Below are positions 50,401 through 59,595 of a stretch of 64,000 nt of DNA, piece after piece. Both the position numbers and the translations under genes were made by a program. The first letter of the stretch is position 1; each line of letters opens with the position of its first letter. The notes under the pieces are model-generated. The model worked only from the letters and a program-made list of their open reading frames with translations, was not told the DNA's origin and searched no databases. Source of the DNA: a bacterium (GTDB lineage Bacteria; Patescibacteriota; Minisyncoccia; 2-02-FULL-40-12; IGHO2-12-FULL-4); NCBI GenBank assembly GCA_030647955.1, contig JAUSIQ010000038.1, positions 421 through 64,420 of the forward strand. The letters run 5' to 3'.

Positions 50401-50929
50401 TTGGTCTGCGCGCCTGACGAATAACTGCCTATGCGGAGTATCTAATATCTCTTACGACGCCGAAGGCGATACTCTGTACGCCACTGCCAACCAGTATGTT
50501 ATCAAAGTGAGCCGTTCCGGTACCGGTCTGCAGGCCTTCTTGTCTGATGGCACGACATTCTCGGCCTCGACCTCTACTGTCGCTTCGATTGGCGACGACA
50601 ATATCATTGTCGGTGTTGATCTGTCGCGTGCCAATCCGGCCTCGGCATCGCTGGTCTTGGCGATTAATAAAAATACCCAAGAGATTGTTTGGAAGTATCC
50701 CGTGGCGGGAGTGATTAATAAGCAGATCTCGATCGATTCCGAAGAGAATGTCTACTTTTCTACTAAAGATGGGCGAGTGTATAGCTTGAATTCAGTTGGC
50801 AAACTTAACTGGTTTATGGAATTTCCCTACTCTATATTCACCTCCCCAGTCATTGTGCGGGATGCTCTCTATATCGCTCTGGCTAACGGCTGGCTAGTAA
50901 GAATTGTTAATCCAATCAGTCTTGAATAG
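47417..50929 (+). CDS. Secreted protein: Zn-dependent phospholipase C/P1-nuclease-like domain, PT linker, lamin-tail domain, FN3-like domain, PQQ-type beta-propeller
   Basis: HTHPALT, NHFYDP, GHVMHLLED..VPEH; TPTP repeats; VVINEIAWMG..DEWIELYN; DG...W propeller repeats. Confidence 0.82.
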   Translation: MTKTKFGLAVGGLIIPLFLGQNTLAYNQEHTHPALTDEAVDFYNLHFPQSKITEEEKQALIMGAVGEDVGDRPINHFYDPVHNEGWFGFRSSKVWAQSSAAQQYRNNLYATSGILAGRLCDNDPVDFSYERALLDYAKGNRQRAFEAFGHVMHLLEDANVPEHTRNDTHLSINHSTGSPYETEMAKWNPMNFNVAADLYKKDQKPIQFNILGEYFDSIATYSNNYFFSQDTIYSDKYPRPEVVEIDRIYLGNNRWVFIGLGKNKNGAKLELVSFGGQKVTRNFIEAQDATLINEGIGSRILDGYWERLSKDFVLHGAGAIKMFLDQGEEMKRQYQAELALKQKQSGGNFFQRLFGKIFSGSQESGIAFVQKTLAQIESSSTHQAEDTLEDSEKEAAIALFTPTPAPTILPVASPLVETFSPSPIPTFSATPTPLATTTPTPPLYFSGSGSSIVTPSPTLTPTFTPTPTPIISTPTPTPSEEPTPTPTSTPSPFPAVVTTPTPDLSQRKVVINEIAWMGTESSANDEWIELYNATSGSLDLTDWSLHSLSKISSGSLSDPKIALKGTIRPFGFFLLERTNDQTVSDIVSDQIYTGALANDGEVLELTDNIGQRQDLVSKSLDGWYAGRNENVGGWQRFSMERIDPAKSGADVSSWGTNNGVKKNGLDEDSHVINGTPGALNSLRLRSKPEAITDLTLVSSDVNLLELSWTAPLWNGINLFYDVRYATRSFDTLEDWDKARQVKEVYPVDNFGLKISLAFTVLDFGQEYFFALKVKDDDGQYSNLSNVISYSIPSANSTESWSMAGANSWHTLKLPFPGPFRSDILEEWIFDGATGGAPSQPVIAPNGVVYFGVAHSTAPYLYAIGADGAMLWRNDAVSGAPTTPVALYDNSVVFGHFDFGTEIVALDASGAVRWRTGVGDRVDQITADKHGTVYFSSENNKLTAMKADGTVKWQASNSDIFNVAPVVLDDGNVYTTGVNGGVPTFYAFSGDDGALLWSARLTNNCLCGVSNISYDAEGDTLYATANQYVIKVSRSGTGLQAFLSDGTTFSASTSTVASIGDDNIIVGVDLSRANPASASLVLAINKNTQEIVWKYPVAGVINKQISIDSEENVYFSTKDGRVYSLNSVGKLNWFMEFPYSIFTSPVIVRDALYIALANGWLVRIVNPISLE

Positions 50930-51127
50930 AAAGGACTGCTTTTACATCTCTTGGGCTGGTGCGATTGTATCCAGTTATCCACACTTTACTGGTTGTTTTG
51001 AAAAAACCGGCACGGTATAATGGGTCTAGGTTATGTAAGTCGTAAGTGGATTTTAGTAACCTGTTTGTTGCCTTTTGAAGGGTAAGTTTGTCTGTATTTA
51101 CAATAAAAAGAGAGGGCGAATCTTTAT

Positions 51128-51155
51128 TTGACATTAGTGTTCATTTTGCTAGAAT
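51128..51155 (+). promoter_or_regulatory. Sigma70 promoter upstream of the long leader
   Basis: TTGACA-16 bp-TAGAAT with extended -10 TG. Confidence 0.7.
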
Positions 51156-51161
51156 ACTAAG

Positions 51162-51591
51162 ATAAATGCCCAGTTTAGATGGGGCTTTGGCCTTATAAGT
51201 CGATAATTGCGAGTTATTTATAGCTCTCAATTACTGGCCTATAAAGGGAGGAATCCCCCACGGCTCGGACCTTTAAAAATAAATAATTATGTTGCAACAG
51301 GTTGTGTTTCATTTTAGAAAGTTTGATTTAAGGTCCCGGTCTTATCCGGTTGATTAAGTTCAAACGGTAAGATCACCTAAGAGAGTTACGAAACGAGTCC
51401 AGCGGAACAAATTTAGTTTCAGATGTTTTACTCGGTCGGTCGAATAAGAGAGTAAACTTCCTTTTAGGAATATGAATTAAATTTGAGGACTCAAGATTAA
51501 TGTAAGTGTAAAGTCTTTCTCGATTGAGCCGTCGATAAAAACGTCGTAAGGCGTGAGGCTAAATCAGAGAGGCCAAAAAATAACTTAAGCT
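51162..51591 (+). promoter_or_regulatory. Long structured 5' leader or ncRNA candidate
   Basis: About 430 nt with no ORF in the track; several local and long-range complementary segments; GNRA hairpin and boxA-like motif. Confidence 0.55.
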
Positions 51592-54500
51592 ATGAATAAA
51601 TTTTTAAGCAGAAAGACACGAGCGGTAGCCTTAAAGGCTTCCTCGGTTGTCACAGGAATGACGACAGTTTTGTCGTTATCCGGGCTGATGTACTTCGCTC
51701 CAGTAGCGAGTGCAGCCATCCCTTCTGATTACGGATTGAAAGAAGGCGACACGATTAGTGCTGCCGGCTCTGACGATCCAGATATCTATATTGTTAATGA
51801 ACATGGTTTCAAGAGATTGTTCTTGAACCCGGTGATCTTCAACTTCTACGGTCATCTCGGAGGTTTTGCTAACGTAAAGAATGTTTCCTCGACTACTCGA
51901 GATGCGTTCGGTACTTCCGGCTTATTCCGAAACTGTGAAACTGGAGATCAGAAAGTTTACGGAGTAGAATCTACTGGCGAAGACACTGCCATGTTGCACT
52001 GGGTAAACACCAGTGGATCACAGGCTGTTGCTGACGATGCGAACTTTTTCAAAAAAGTTTTCTGTATCAACAACAACGAGTTTAGCTGGTACTCCAAGGG
52101 TTCTGACTACACTTCGGTGAGTCAGGTTCCGAACTACTCTCGAACTCCTGGCGCGACCCCGACCCCTGTGGTTGGTGCGATTTCCGTCAGTCTAGCCTCC
52201 GGTAATCCTGCAGCCCAAACGATTACCAAGAATGCCGCTGGAGCGGAGGTATTAAGAGTTAGGTTATCCGGTTCGGGAACAGTTAACACGGTAACCCTAA
52301 AGAGATTGGGTCCCGGCGCAGTAGCCGACTTCACCAATGTTTATGTTTATGATGGAGCAGAGAGATTGGTTTCAGGTAAGACATTCTCCACTTCATCCGG
52401 TGAAGCGACATTCTTATTGAATCTTGCTGTGAGCGGCACCAAAGACCTATCATTTGTGGCTGACATGGCTGGAAGTGCGGCAACTGCCGGTAACGTGAAC
52501 TATGTTCAGGTAACTGGTGTAACTGCGGCAGGAGGAGCTTCCGTATCCGGTTTACCGGTTACTGGTAATAATATAACTATTTCGGGTGCTTCATCCGGCG
52601 GAGTTACATTGACCACATCCGGTTCAATGTCTAATCCCACGGTTGGACAAAAGGGTGTTCAAATCGGTGAATTCAAGGTTACGGCCAACACCGAAGCCGC
52701 ATCCATGAGGCGCTTTTCTTTGCTAAATGGCGGAAATGTCAGATCAACTGACTTAACCAATGTTAAGTTGACGACCGGATCAAGCACTTGGACTGGTACT
52801 TCAACTGCCGATGGTTACTTAGTCTTTGATCTAGGTTCCGGCCACACTATTGCCAAAGGTGGCAACGCGATTTTCAAAGTTTACGCTGATGTCGGCGGAA
52901 AGAAAGACGAGACCATCAAGCTCTACTTTGAAACCGATGCCGACACATTGGCAATTGGTGACCAGTACGGTTATGGTATGGCGGTTACTGACACTGATGT
53001 AGATGCATCCGGCAATGTCAGCGACCTTACTCTGCAGGGCGGAGTATTGACCCTAGCGTTCAATGGTCCTCCAGCTCAAACTGTCGGCACCACTGTAACC
53101 GACATTACTCTTCTTAAATACTCCATGACGGCTGCGGCTAACATTGAAGTAAAGAAGACCGAGTTCACACTCTGTAAAGATGACACGGGTGACGGCACTT
53201 ATGATGCCGCCGCCGACGCCACTAACGGCTGGGCCGACCTTACCGACTTTAAAATATGGGATGAAGGTACTGGCGCAGTCATCATGGGTCCGCATGACGG
53301 TTCCGCATTCACGGGATCAGATGCTGGTTCATGTCCTGATTCAGTCACAGGCGCCCAGAAAGAATTTACGGATGCGTTTGACTTGCTGGCCGGTCAGACC
53401 TACAACTTCAAAGTTACGGCTGATGTCACGGCTGATGATACCGGAAGCGGTATTAAGCTGGCATCTACGGATATCTTCAGAGCCGTCCTTGACGATTACT
53501 CGGATGATGCCGCTGTAACGGTCATGAAATACTCCGGAACAACCACCGCGGTCGCCGCGGCTGACATGGTTCCTCGAGCGGATCTCGCCGGTAACAACAT
53601 TACGCTTTCTTCTTCTTCTTTGACCTTGAGCTTAGCCGGTAATCCGGCCAGCCAGACCAAGATCAGAGGTTCAGCTGATGTTGATGCGGTTGGTATTACA
53701 TTTGCCGCGGGCCAGGCCTCTGAACTTAAAGTAACAACTATTAAGATCACCGGTTACGCCGCTGATACTGCGGGAGATACCTACGATGAAGGTACCCCTG
53801 ATGCGGATAATGACAACGGTGTCTCGGTTGCCAATATGGCCGGTTCTGTTGAGTTGTATGATTCAACCGGAACTTTGGTGGGCGGTTCAAGCAATGTAAC
53901 CAATAATGCATTGGGTACGGGCGGAACCGGAACGATGACCTTCTCCAACTTGAATTGGGTTCTTCCAGCCGGTACTTCGAAGACATTGTTAGTCAGAGCT
54001 GATCTTTCTAACAACACCGCTTCAGGTACAGCCGGAGATCTCTATGCCTTTGATATCGCCGCGACAACCGATATTACGGCCTTAGATAAGGATTCCAACA
54101 CGGTCAATGCCGGTAATGCCGGAGTAAACGGCACCACCAGCCCGACTAAGGTATTGACTGTAAAGAACAGCGGTTCAATGACATTGGCCACTTCAGCAGA
54201 CACTCCTTCCAAGGGCGCTGTTTATTGGGGTCAGGCCAATGCTCCGATCTCCAAGTTCCGATTGACTTCTACGGATGAAGGCCAATATCTTGAGAAATTA
54301 ACCATTGCCGCCTCTGTTGGCGCGGAAGCTACAGCCGCCGCCGCAAATGTTAAAGAAGTACTGTTGACCTACAAGAACAAAGCCGGAAGCACCTTGACCA
54401 CGACCCAGTCGTTTGGCAATGCCGCTTCTGTGAACTTCGCGTGGGCAGCCGGTGATGCTAACCGACCGTATGTGCCGAAGGATTCAAGTTTGGACATTGC

Positions 54501-55266
54501 CGTCAATGCTAACATGAAGACTAAGGCTGAAGGAGCTACTCAAATGGGAGCCAATACCACCAGACACTTCTCACTGGACTTAGTTGATAAGTTCAACGGA
54601 AGCCATACTAATGGATTCAGAGCAGTTGGTGAAGGCTCTGGAACAGTTCTTGATGGTACTGCTACGGGTATCAACGATGTAGTTGGCGCCAATAACCAGT
54701 ATATCTACAGAGTATTTCCGAAGTTTGATGTAGTTACCTTGTCGGCACCTTACGATTTAGTTGGTAATCCAACCGTATTCAAGTTCTCGATCACGGCGAT
54801 GGGACTTACAGACTCAACGCTAAGGTTTGACAACGAGGATGACGCCTCCGGATCTATCAAATTCGAGATCATATCATCCGGTGCCGTCGATGGAGACACT
54901 ACCGTAAGCACCTATAATGACTCTACCAGTGAGGTTGTAGACACCGTCGCTCTAACGAATGACGGTAATGCATCGCCAAATGCTTCGTACACCTTGAATT
55001 TCACGTCTAAAGACATTGAAATCACGGGTGGATCTACTAAGACCTTCAGAATTCAACTTGATTCCACGTCAGTTTACGACGATGTTGCCGGAACTGGAGT
55101 GGGCGCGGATTACTTCCAAGTAGTATTGCGCGATGAAGGTGACACCGATACTAATATCGTAAGATGGGTTGGAAACTACGACAACACTACAGGTTCTGAA
55201 GACACGACTTCAACAGCCGGTGTCCTAAGAAACCTACCGTTGTTCGGCCCCAACTTCACTAGATAG
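51592..55266 (+). CDS. Large S-layer-like cell-surface protein (T/S/G/A/D-rich beta domains)
   Basis: Signal peptide; YGLKEGD..SA..SDDPDIYIVNEHGFKRLFLNP N-terminal module; repeated Ig-like segments; strong terminator. Confidence 0.75.
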   Translation: MNKFLSRKTRAVALKASSVVTGMTTVLSLSGLMYFAPVASAAIPSDYGLKEGDTISAAGSDDPDIYIVNEHGFKRLFLNPVIFNFYGHLGGFANVKNVSSTTRDAFGTSGLFRNCETGDQKVYGVESTGEDTAMLHWVNTSGSQAVADDANFFKKVFCINNNEFSWYSKGSDYTSVSQVPNYSRTPGATPTPVVGAISVSLASGNPAAQTITKNAAGAEVLRVRLSGSGTVNTVTLKRLGPGAVADFTNVYVYDGAERLVSGKTFSTSSGEATFLLNLAVSGTKDLSFVADMAGSAATAGNVNYVQVTGVTAAGGASVSGLPVTGNNITISGASSGGVTLTTSGSMSNPTVGQKGVQIGEFKVTANTEAASMRRFSLLNGGNVRSTDLTNVKLTTGSSTWTGTSTADGYLVFDLGSGHTIAKGGNAIFKVYADVGGKKDETIKLYFETDADTLAIGDQYGYGMAVTDTDVDASGNVSDLTLQGGVLTLAFNGPPAQTVGTTVTDITLLKYSMTAAANIEVKKTEFTLCKDDTGDGTYDAAADATNGWADLTDFKIWDEGTGAVIMGPHDGSAFTGSDAGSCPDSVTGAQKEFTDAFDLLAGQTYNFKVTADVTADDTGSGIKLASTDIFRAVLDDYSDDAAVTVMKYSGTTTAVAAADMVPRADLAGNNITLSSSSLTLSLAGNPASQTKIRGSADVDAVGITFAAGQASELKVTTIKITGYAADTAGDTYDEGTPDADNDNGVSVANMAGSVELYDSTGTLVGGSSNVTNNALGTGGTGTMTFSNLNWVLPAGTSKTLLVRADLSNNTASGTAGDLYAFDIAATTDITALDKDSNTVNAGNAGVNGTTSPTKVLTVKNSGSMTLATSADTPSKGAVYWGQANAPISKFRLTSTDEGQYLEKLTIAASVGAEATAAAANVKEVLLTYKNKAGSTLTTTQSFGNAASVNFAWAAGDANRPYVPKDSSLDIAVNANMKTKAEGATQMGANTTRHFSLDLVDKFNGSHTNGFRAVGEGSGTVLDGTATGINDVVGANNQYIYRVFPKFDVVTLSAPYDLVGNPTVFKFSITAMGLTDSTLRFDNEDDASGSIKFEIISSGAVDGDTTVSTYNDSTSEVVDTVALTNDGNASPNASYTLNFTSKDIEITGGSTKTFRIQLDSTSVYDDVAGTGVGADYFQVVLRDEGDTDTNIVRWVGNYDNTTGSEDTTSTAGVLRNLPLFGPNFTR

Positions 55267-55312
55267 TTCGGTTCAACTGGTTCAGTTAATTAGGTCGAAT
55301 TGGTTAACTGAC

Positions 55313-55357
55313 AAACCTACCCCCCACTTTTTAAAAGACCAAAAAGTGGGGGGTTTG
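55313..55357 (+). terminator. Intrinsic terminator
   Basis: cccccacttttt...aaaaagtggggg hairpin. Confidence 0.75.
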
Positions 55358-55363
55358 GTTTTG

Positions 55364-55434
55364 TCCCGTTAGAGAACGCCCTCGCCGCAGGCGAGTGGCT
55401 TCAGTCACCTCGGGGCGGCTTTTCTCTAACAGGA
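55364..55434. repeat. Branched palindromic (MITE/REP-like) element
   Basis: tcccgttagagaa...ttctctaacagga terminal inverted repeat with two inner hairpins; left arm also at 41194-41206. Confidence 0.7.
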
Positions 55435-55471
55435 TTGCTTTTTTCATCTGTTTTGCTAATATTCCCTCATT

Positions 55472-56023
55472 ATGATGAATAAAAATACGTTAGTTTGGCT
55501 TATAGTTTTGCTGGTGGGGGTGGTTTTAATTGGATATTCTTTTGTTAGAAATGAGGGAGAGGAATTGGCTTATATTTCTCCGAGTTCCCATCTTTCTCCA
55601 GAGGTCACAGCCAGCCCATCACCATTGGCTAGTCCGTCTGTTTCACCGTCTCCATTGCCCAAAGCTTCTCCTGTGCCGGTAGCCGTCGTATCTTGCCGCT
55701 TGCAGGGCGAGATTAAGTTTTTGACATCCAGTCTTTACGATAACCAGGACGCCAAATTTATTTACAGCGGAATTGACCATCCGGCAAGAAATATTTTGTG
55801 GACGGTAACTCCCCAGGATGATCTATCCGTAGGACCTAATATATTCGATAGGTTGCCAATACCCAATGGAGAAAGTTTGTTGGGCATAGTCCTTCCCGCC
55901 GAACCGGTGGCTAAAAAATATGAACTGACCGCCAAAGTACAATACGGTCAATTAGTTGACGGCACTCTTAAAGTTTTAGAAAAACAATGCTCTGGGAAAA
56001 CGACCGTGGTTCTACCCGAATGA
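55472..56023 (+). CDS. Membrane-anchored protein with S/P-rich linker
   Basis: N-terminal TM, SP repeats, domain closed by two Cys. Confidence 0.7.
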   Translation: MMNKNTLVWLIVLLVGVVLIGYSFVRNEGEELAYISPSSHLSPEVTASPSPLASPSVSPSPLPKASPVPVAVVSCRLQGEIKFLTSSLYDNQDAKFIYSGIDHPARNILWTVTPQDDLSVGPNIFDRLPIPNGESLLGIVLPAEPVAKKYELTAKVQYGQLVDGTLKVLEKQCSGKTTVVLPE

Positions 56024-57792
56024 ATTTAAGAGTGATTTACTCAAAAAATCCGGTAATTTTTCTAGTCTCCACTCTGGCCGTTATCGGATTTTTTGTTTAC
56101 TCCTTTAACCTTCACAACGGTCTGTTTTGGGACGACCACGATTGGATAAAGAACAATGTTTATGTGCACAGTTTTTCTTGGGATAATGTTAAGTTTTGGA
56201 TGACTAACAACACTCTGGCCGGAGTAGGTATAGACAGCAACTATTATCGGCCGTTTTTATTTTTTACTTTTACGTTAAATTATGTAATATCCGGTATGGA
56301 GCCGCTGGGATATCATCTTCTGAGCAACGTCTTGCACCTATTCAATGGGGTATTAGTGTTTAGTATTTTGCATCTAGTGTTTAGGAGAAAACTGTTGGCA
56401 TTTTTGGCTGCTTTATTTTTTATCGTTCATCCTTTGCAAACGGAAGCCGTGTCGTATATTTCCGGAAGAGGCGATGTGCTGGTTACGATGTTTATGCTTC
56501 TATCCTTGTTGCTGTTTTATATTTCAGAATCAAAAAAGGAAACGTGGTTGGGGTATAAAAAAATACTGTCTTTAATATTTCTTGTTCTCGGTCTTCTTAG
56601 TCGCGAAACAGGCATCATCTTCCCGGTATTGGCCCTGGCTTTATATGTCTCGGCTATTTCAACCCAAAAATTTTTAGCGTCTATTCGTCGGGGAATTATC
56701 AAAACATGGCCCTATTTTGCCGTAGTGATAGTTTATGGGATTCTGCGGCTTACGGTGTTGAACTTTCTTAATACCCTAGATTTTTACACGGAACCTAATG
56801 TTTATTCCGAGAATCTTCACATCAGGATATTCACCTTCGGACCTATCTTATGGGAGTACCTTAAACTGTTAGTCGTTCCCATCGGACTGCATATGGAGCG
56901 CAGTGTGACAGTGTATACCTCCTTACTTCAGTGGCCCGTCTGGCCGGTGGCACTGGCCGTAGCTAGTATTTTGTATTTTGTATTTAGGTTACACAAGAAA
57001 GAAAATTCTAAACACGAAGCAAGCCGAGTGTGGACACTCGGCTTGCTGTGGTTCTTCATTGCCCTGGGACCCGTTTCGGGCATAACGCCGATCAATGCCT
57101 TAATGTATGAACATTGGCTGTATATGCCCATGATCGGTTTTTGGCTGATTGCGTCTTTCTACCTTGTCAAACTGTTTGATAGTTTAAAAAATAAACGATT
57201 TTTGTTTGTAATTTGCATTTTGTTATTCGGAACTTATATTTCTTTTCTTGGATTTCAATCTGTGAAAAGAAATATTCTATGGGGCAAAGAGAAAGAGTTT
57301 TACGAGGATATACTCAAATATGAGCCGGATAGTTCAAGGATACTCAATAATTTAGGTAATTATTATTTTAATAAAGACGAGGAGGACAAAGCCGAGGGAT
57401 ATTATCTGAAAGCAGTTCAGACCGGCGATGTATTCGCCCAGCCGTATTATAATTTGGGCAGTATGCTTCAAGCCAGAGGCGATAATTTTGGAGCTATACA
57501 GCTCTATGAAAAGGCAATCAATATTGATCCCAATTTTTACTATCCCTATCAAGCCCTGGCGGTGGTGTACGCTCAGCAAGGCAATCTATCAGAAGCTTCA
57601 GAGAATATCGAGAAATTAAAAGTGCTCTTGCCGACCAATGCCCGTGTTTATTATAATTCATCCCTTATTTACGCTACGCTAAAAAACAATGAGCAAGCGT
57701 TAAAAGATCTTAAAACCGGACTTAAATATACAAAACTTGATCCCGAGACGGAGCAGCTGATCAAGGATCTTATCAAGAAACTAGAAAAATGA
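56020..57792 (+). CDS. TMTC-like GT-C glycosyltransferase with TPR repeats
   Basis: FWDD, YYRP, HPLQTEAVSYISGR, SRE, EHWLY.P; C-terminal TPRs. Confidence 0.85.
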   Translation: MNLRVIYSKNPVIFLVSTLAVIGFFVYSFNLHNGLFWDDHDWIKNNVYVHSFSWDNVKFWMTNNTLAGVGIDSNYYRPFLFFTFTLNYVISGMEPLGYHLLSNVLHLFNGVLVFSILHLVFRRKLLAFLAALFFIVHPLQTEAVSYISGRGDVLVTMFMLLSLLLFYISESKKETWLGYKKILSLIFLVLGLLSRETGIIFPVLALALYVSAISTQKFLASIRRGIIKTWPYFAVVIVYGILRLTVLNFLNTLDFYTEPNVYSENLHIRIFTFGPILWEYLKLLVVPIGLHMERSVTVYTSLLQWPVWPVALAVASILYFVFRLHKKENSKHEASRVWTLGLLWFFIALGPVSGITPINALMYEHWLYMPMIGFWLIASFYLVKLFDSLKNKRFLFVICILLFGTYISFLGFQSVKRNILWGKEKEFYEDILKYEPDSSRILNNLGNYYFNKDEEDKAEGYYLKAVQTGDVFAQPYYNLGSMLQARGDNFGAIQLYEKAINIDPNFYYPYQALAVVYAQQGNLSEASENIEKLKVLLPTNARVYYNSSLIYATLKNNEQALKDLKTGLKYTKLDPETEQLIKDLIKKLEK

Positions 57793-59576
57793 TAAAAAGC
57801 GTCTTTTGGAGAGTCTTTATTTTGTCTTTCGTCCTCTCCTTTATTCTATTTGGAAATAGTATATTCGGCGATTTTGTTTTTGACGATGTTGCAGTGGTTC
57901 AAAATAGAGCCGACCTGAAAGACAGCGGTAATTTTTTTAATCTCTTTATTTCTTCCTATCATCAGCATATGCCCAAAACTGGGCTCTATCGCCCATTGAC
58001 TATGGCCACTTATGCTATTAATCATGTGGTCTTTAGTTCCTCTCCCGTAAGTTTTCATATTTTTAATATTATTATCCACGCCTTGAATTCTTTTCTAGTC
58101 TTTTGGCTTGTGGATTATTTTTTGAGATCTAAGAAAATGGCGCTGATCTCCTTCGGCTTATTTATTGCTCATCCCCTGCATACGGAAGCAGTCACTTCCA
58201 TTGTCGGACGGGCAGAACTTTTAGCATTTTTTTGGTCATTGATGACCATATTCTATTTTTCAAGAAATAATAAAGTAATGGCCGCAATCTCATTTCTATT
58301 AGCGATGATGAGTAAGGAAGTAGCCTTAGCGGTTTTGCCCATCATATTTTATATGAACGGGGCATTCTTAAACAAAGGTTTTCGCAAAACCATTAAGGAA
58401 TCAGTAATTTTTATCTTCCCCATCGCTATTTATGCCGTATTAAGATTTTTAGCTTTGGGAAAGTATTTTATAAACAACGCCCAAACAACTCTCATAGAAA
58501 ATCAATTGAAATTCTCCTCTTTCCCGGAAAGGATCTTTACGGCGTTAAAGGTCTTATCTTTGTATTTATGGAAATTAATATGGCCCGTTCATCTATCAGC
58601 AGATTATTCCTATAACTCTATCTCTATAGTTAGTAATATTTTTTTGTCACCCGCGGCTCTGTTGGGGGCACTCGCCATCCTCTCTCTGGTGTTCATTATT
58701 GCGTGGAAAAAAACAAGGAGACGGGGATTGGCCCTATCGGCCGCGATGTTTCTAGTACCATATCTGGTTATTTCTAATTTGTTATTCCCCATCGGTACAA
58801 TTATGGGCGAAAGATTAATATATTCATCATCCCTTGGGTTTGTTCTGGCAGTGGCTATCGGCTTGAATAGTATGATTAGCAGGAAGAACCTCGTTTTTAA
58901 AAATACAGGATATTTGCTATTAATTTTTTTGATGGGATTTTATGGTGTACTGACTCATTTAAGAAACAAGGATTGGGGTGATTCTAAAACTCTTTTTTAT
59001 GCTACGGCCAAAGAATCGCCAAATAGTCTAATTACCAGAGTGGGTCTGGCCGCATTACATATCCGGGCGAATAAATGGGAAGAGGCCAAGGAGGAGCTGA
59101 CTGTGGCGCAGAAAATATATGAGGATGATTCCCGTCTGCAAAATTTATTAGGGGTCGTTGCTGACCACGAAGGAAATTTTAAATTAGCGGAAGAAAAATA
59201 TAAAAGATCCATCGCGTTGAATCCAGATGCCATTAACTCTCATATAAATCTGGCTGAGCTTTACTTAAAGCACAATCAATTTAAAGAAGCAGGGGATAAT
59301 TTTCTTAAAGTTATTGAATTCCATCCATTAATTGAGCACGTCGTAAGATTTGGATACATCCAAATTACTCTTGGAAACCCGGACGGAGCGCTAGATGTGT
59401 TAGAAAAGCACATGGGCAGAGAGGCTGACCATTCTGATTTGGCGGCTATGGCTGGAACCGCTTATTTTGTCAAAAAGGACTATCAACAAGCTCTAGCATA
59501 CCTTAAAAAAGCCCGCGAACTTGGGCATAAAGCTTCAGAAATAGAAGAGATGATAAAGATTGCCGAAACAAGGTGA
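57789..59576 (+). CDS. TMTC-like GT-C glycosyltransferase with TPR repeats
   Basis: FVFDD, YRPLT, HPLHTEAVTSIVGRAE, SKE, WP..LSADYS, GERLIY, RNKDW; TPRs. Confidence 0.88.
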   Translation: MIKSVFWRVFILSFVLSFILFGNSIFGDFVFDDVAVVQNRADLKDSGNFFNLFISSYHQHMPKTGLYRPLTMATYAINHVVFSSSPVSFHIFNIIIHALNSFLVFWLVDYFLRSKKMALISFGLFIAHPLHTEAVTSIVGRAELLAFFWSLMTIFYFSRNNKVMAAISFLLAMMSKEVALAVLPIIFYMNGAFLNKGFRKTIKESVIFIFPIAIYAVLRFLALGKYFINNAQTTLIENQLKFSSFPERIFTALKVLSLYLWKLIWPVHLSADYSYNSISIVSNIFLSPAALLGALAILSLVFIIAWKKTRRRGLALSAAMFLVPYLVISNLLFPIGTIMGERLIYSSSLGFVLAVAIGLNSMISRKNLVFKNTGYLLLIFLMGFYGVLTHLRNKDWGDSKTLFYATAKESPNSLITRVGLAALHIRANKWEEAKEELTVAQKIYEDDSRLQNLLGVVADHEGNFKLAEEKYKRSIALNPDAINSHINLAELYLKHNQFKEAGDNFLKVIEFHPLIEHVVRFGYIQITLGNPDGALDVLEKHMGREADHSDLAAMAGTAYFVKKDYQQALAYLKKARELGHKASEIEEMIKIAETR

Positions 59577-59595
59577 GTAAGCTATAATATAGCGG

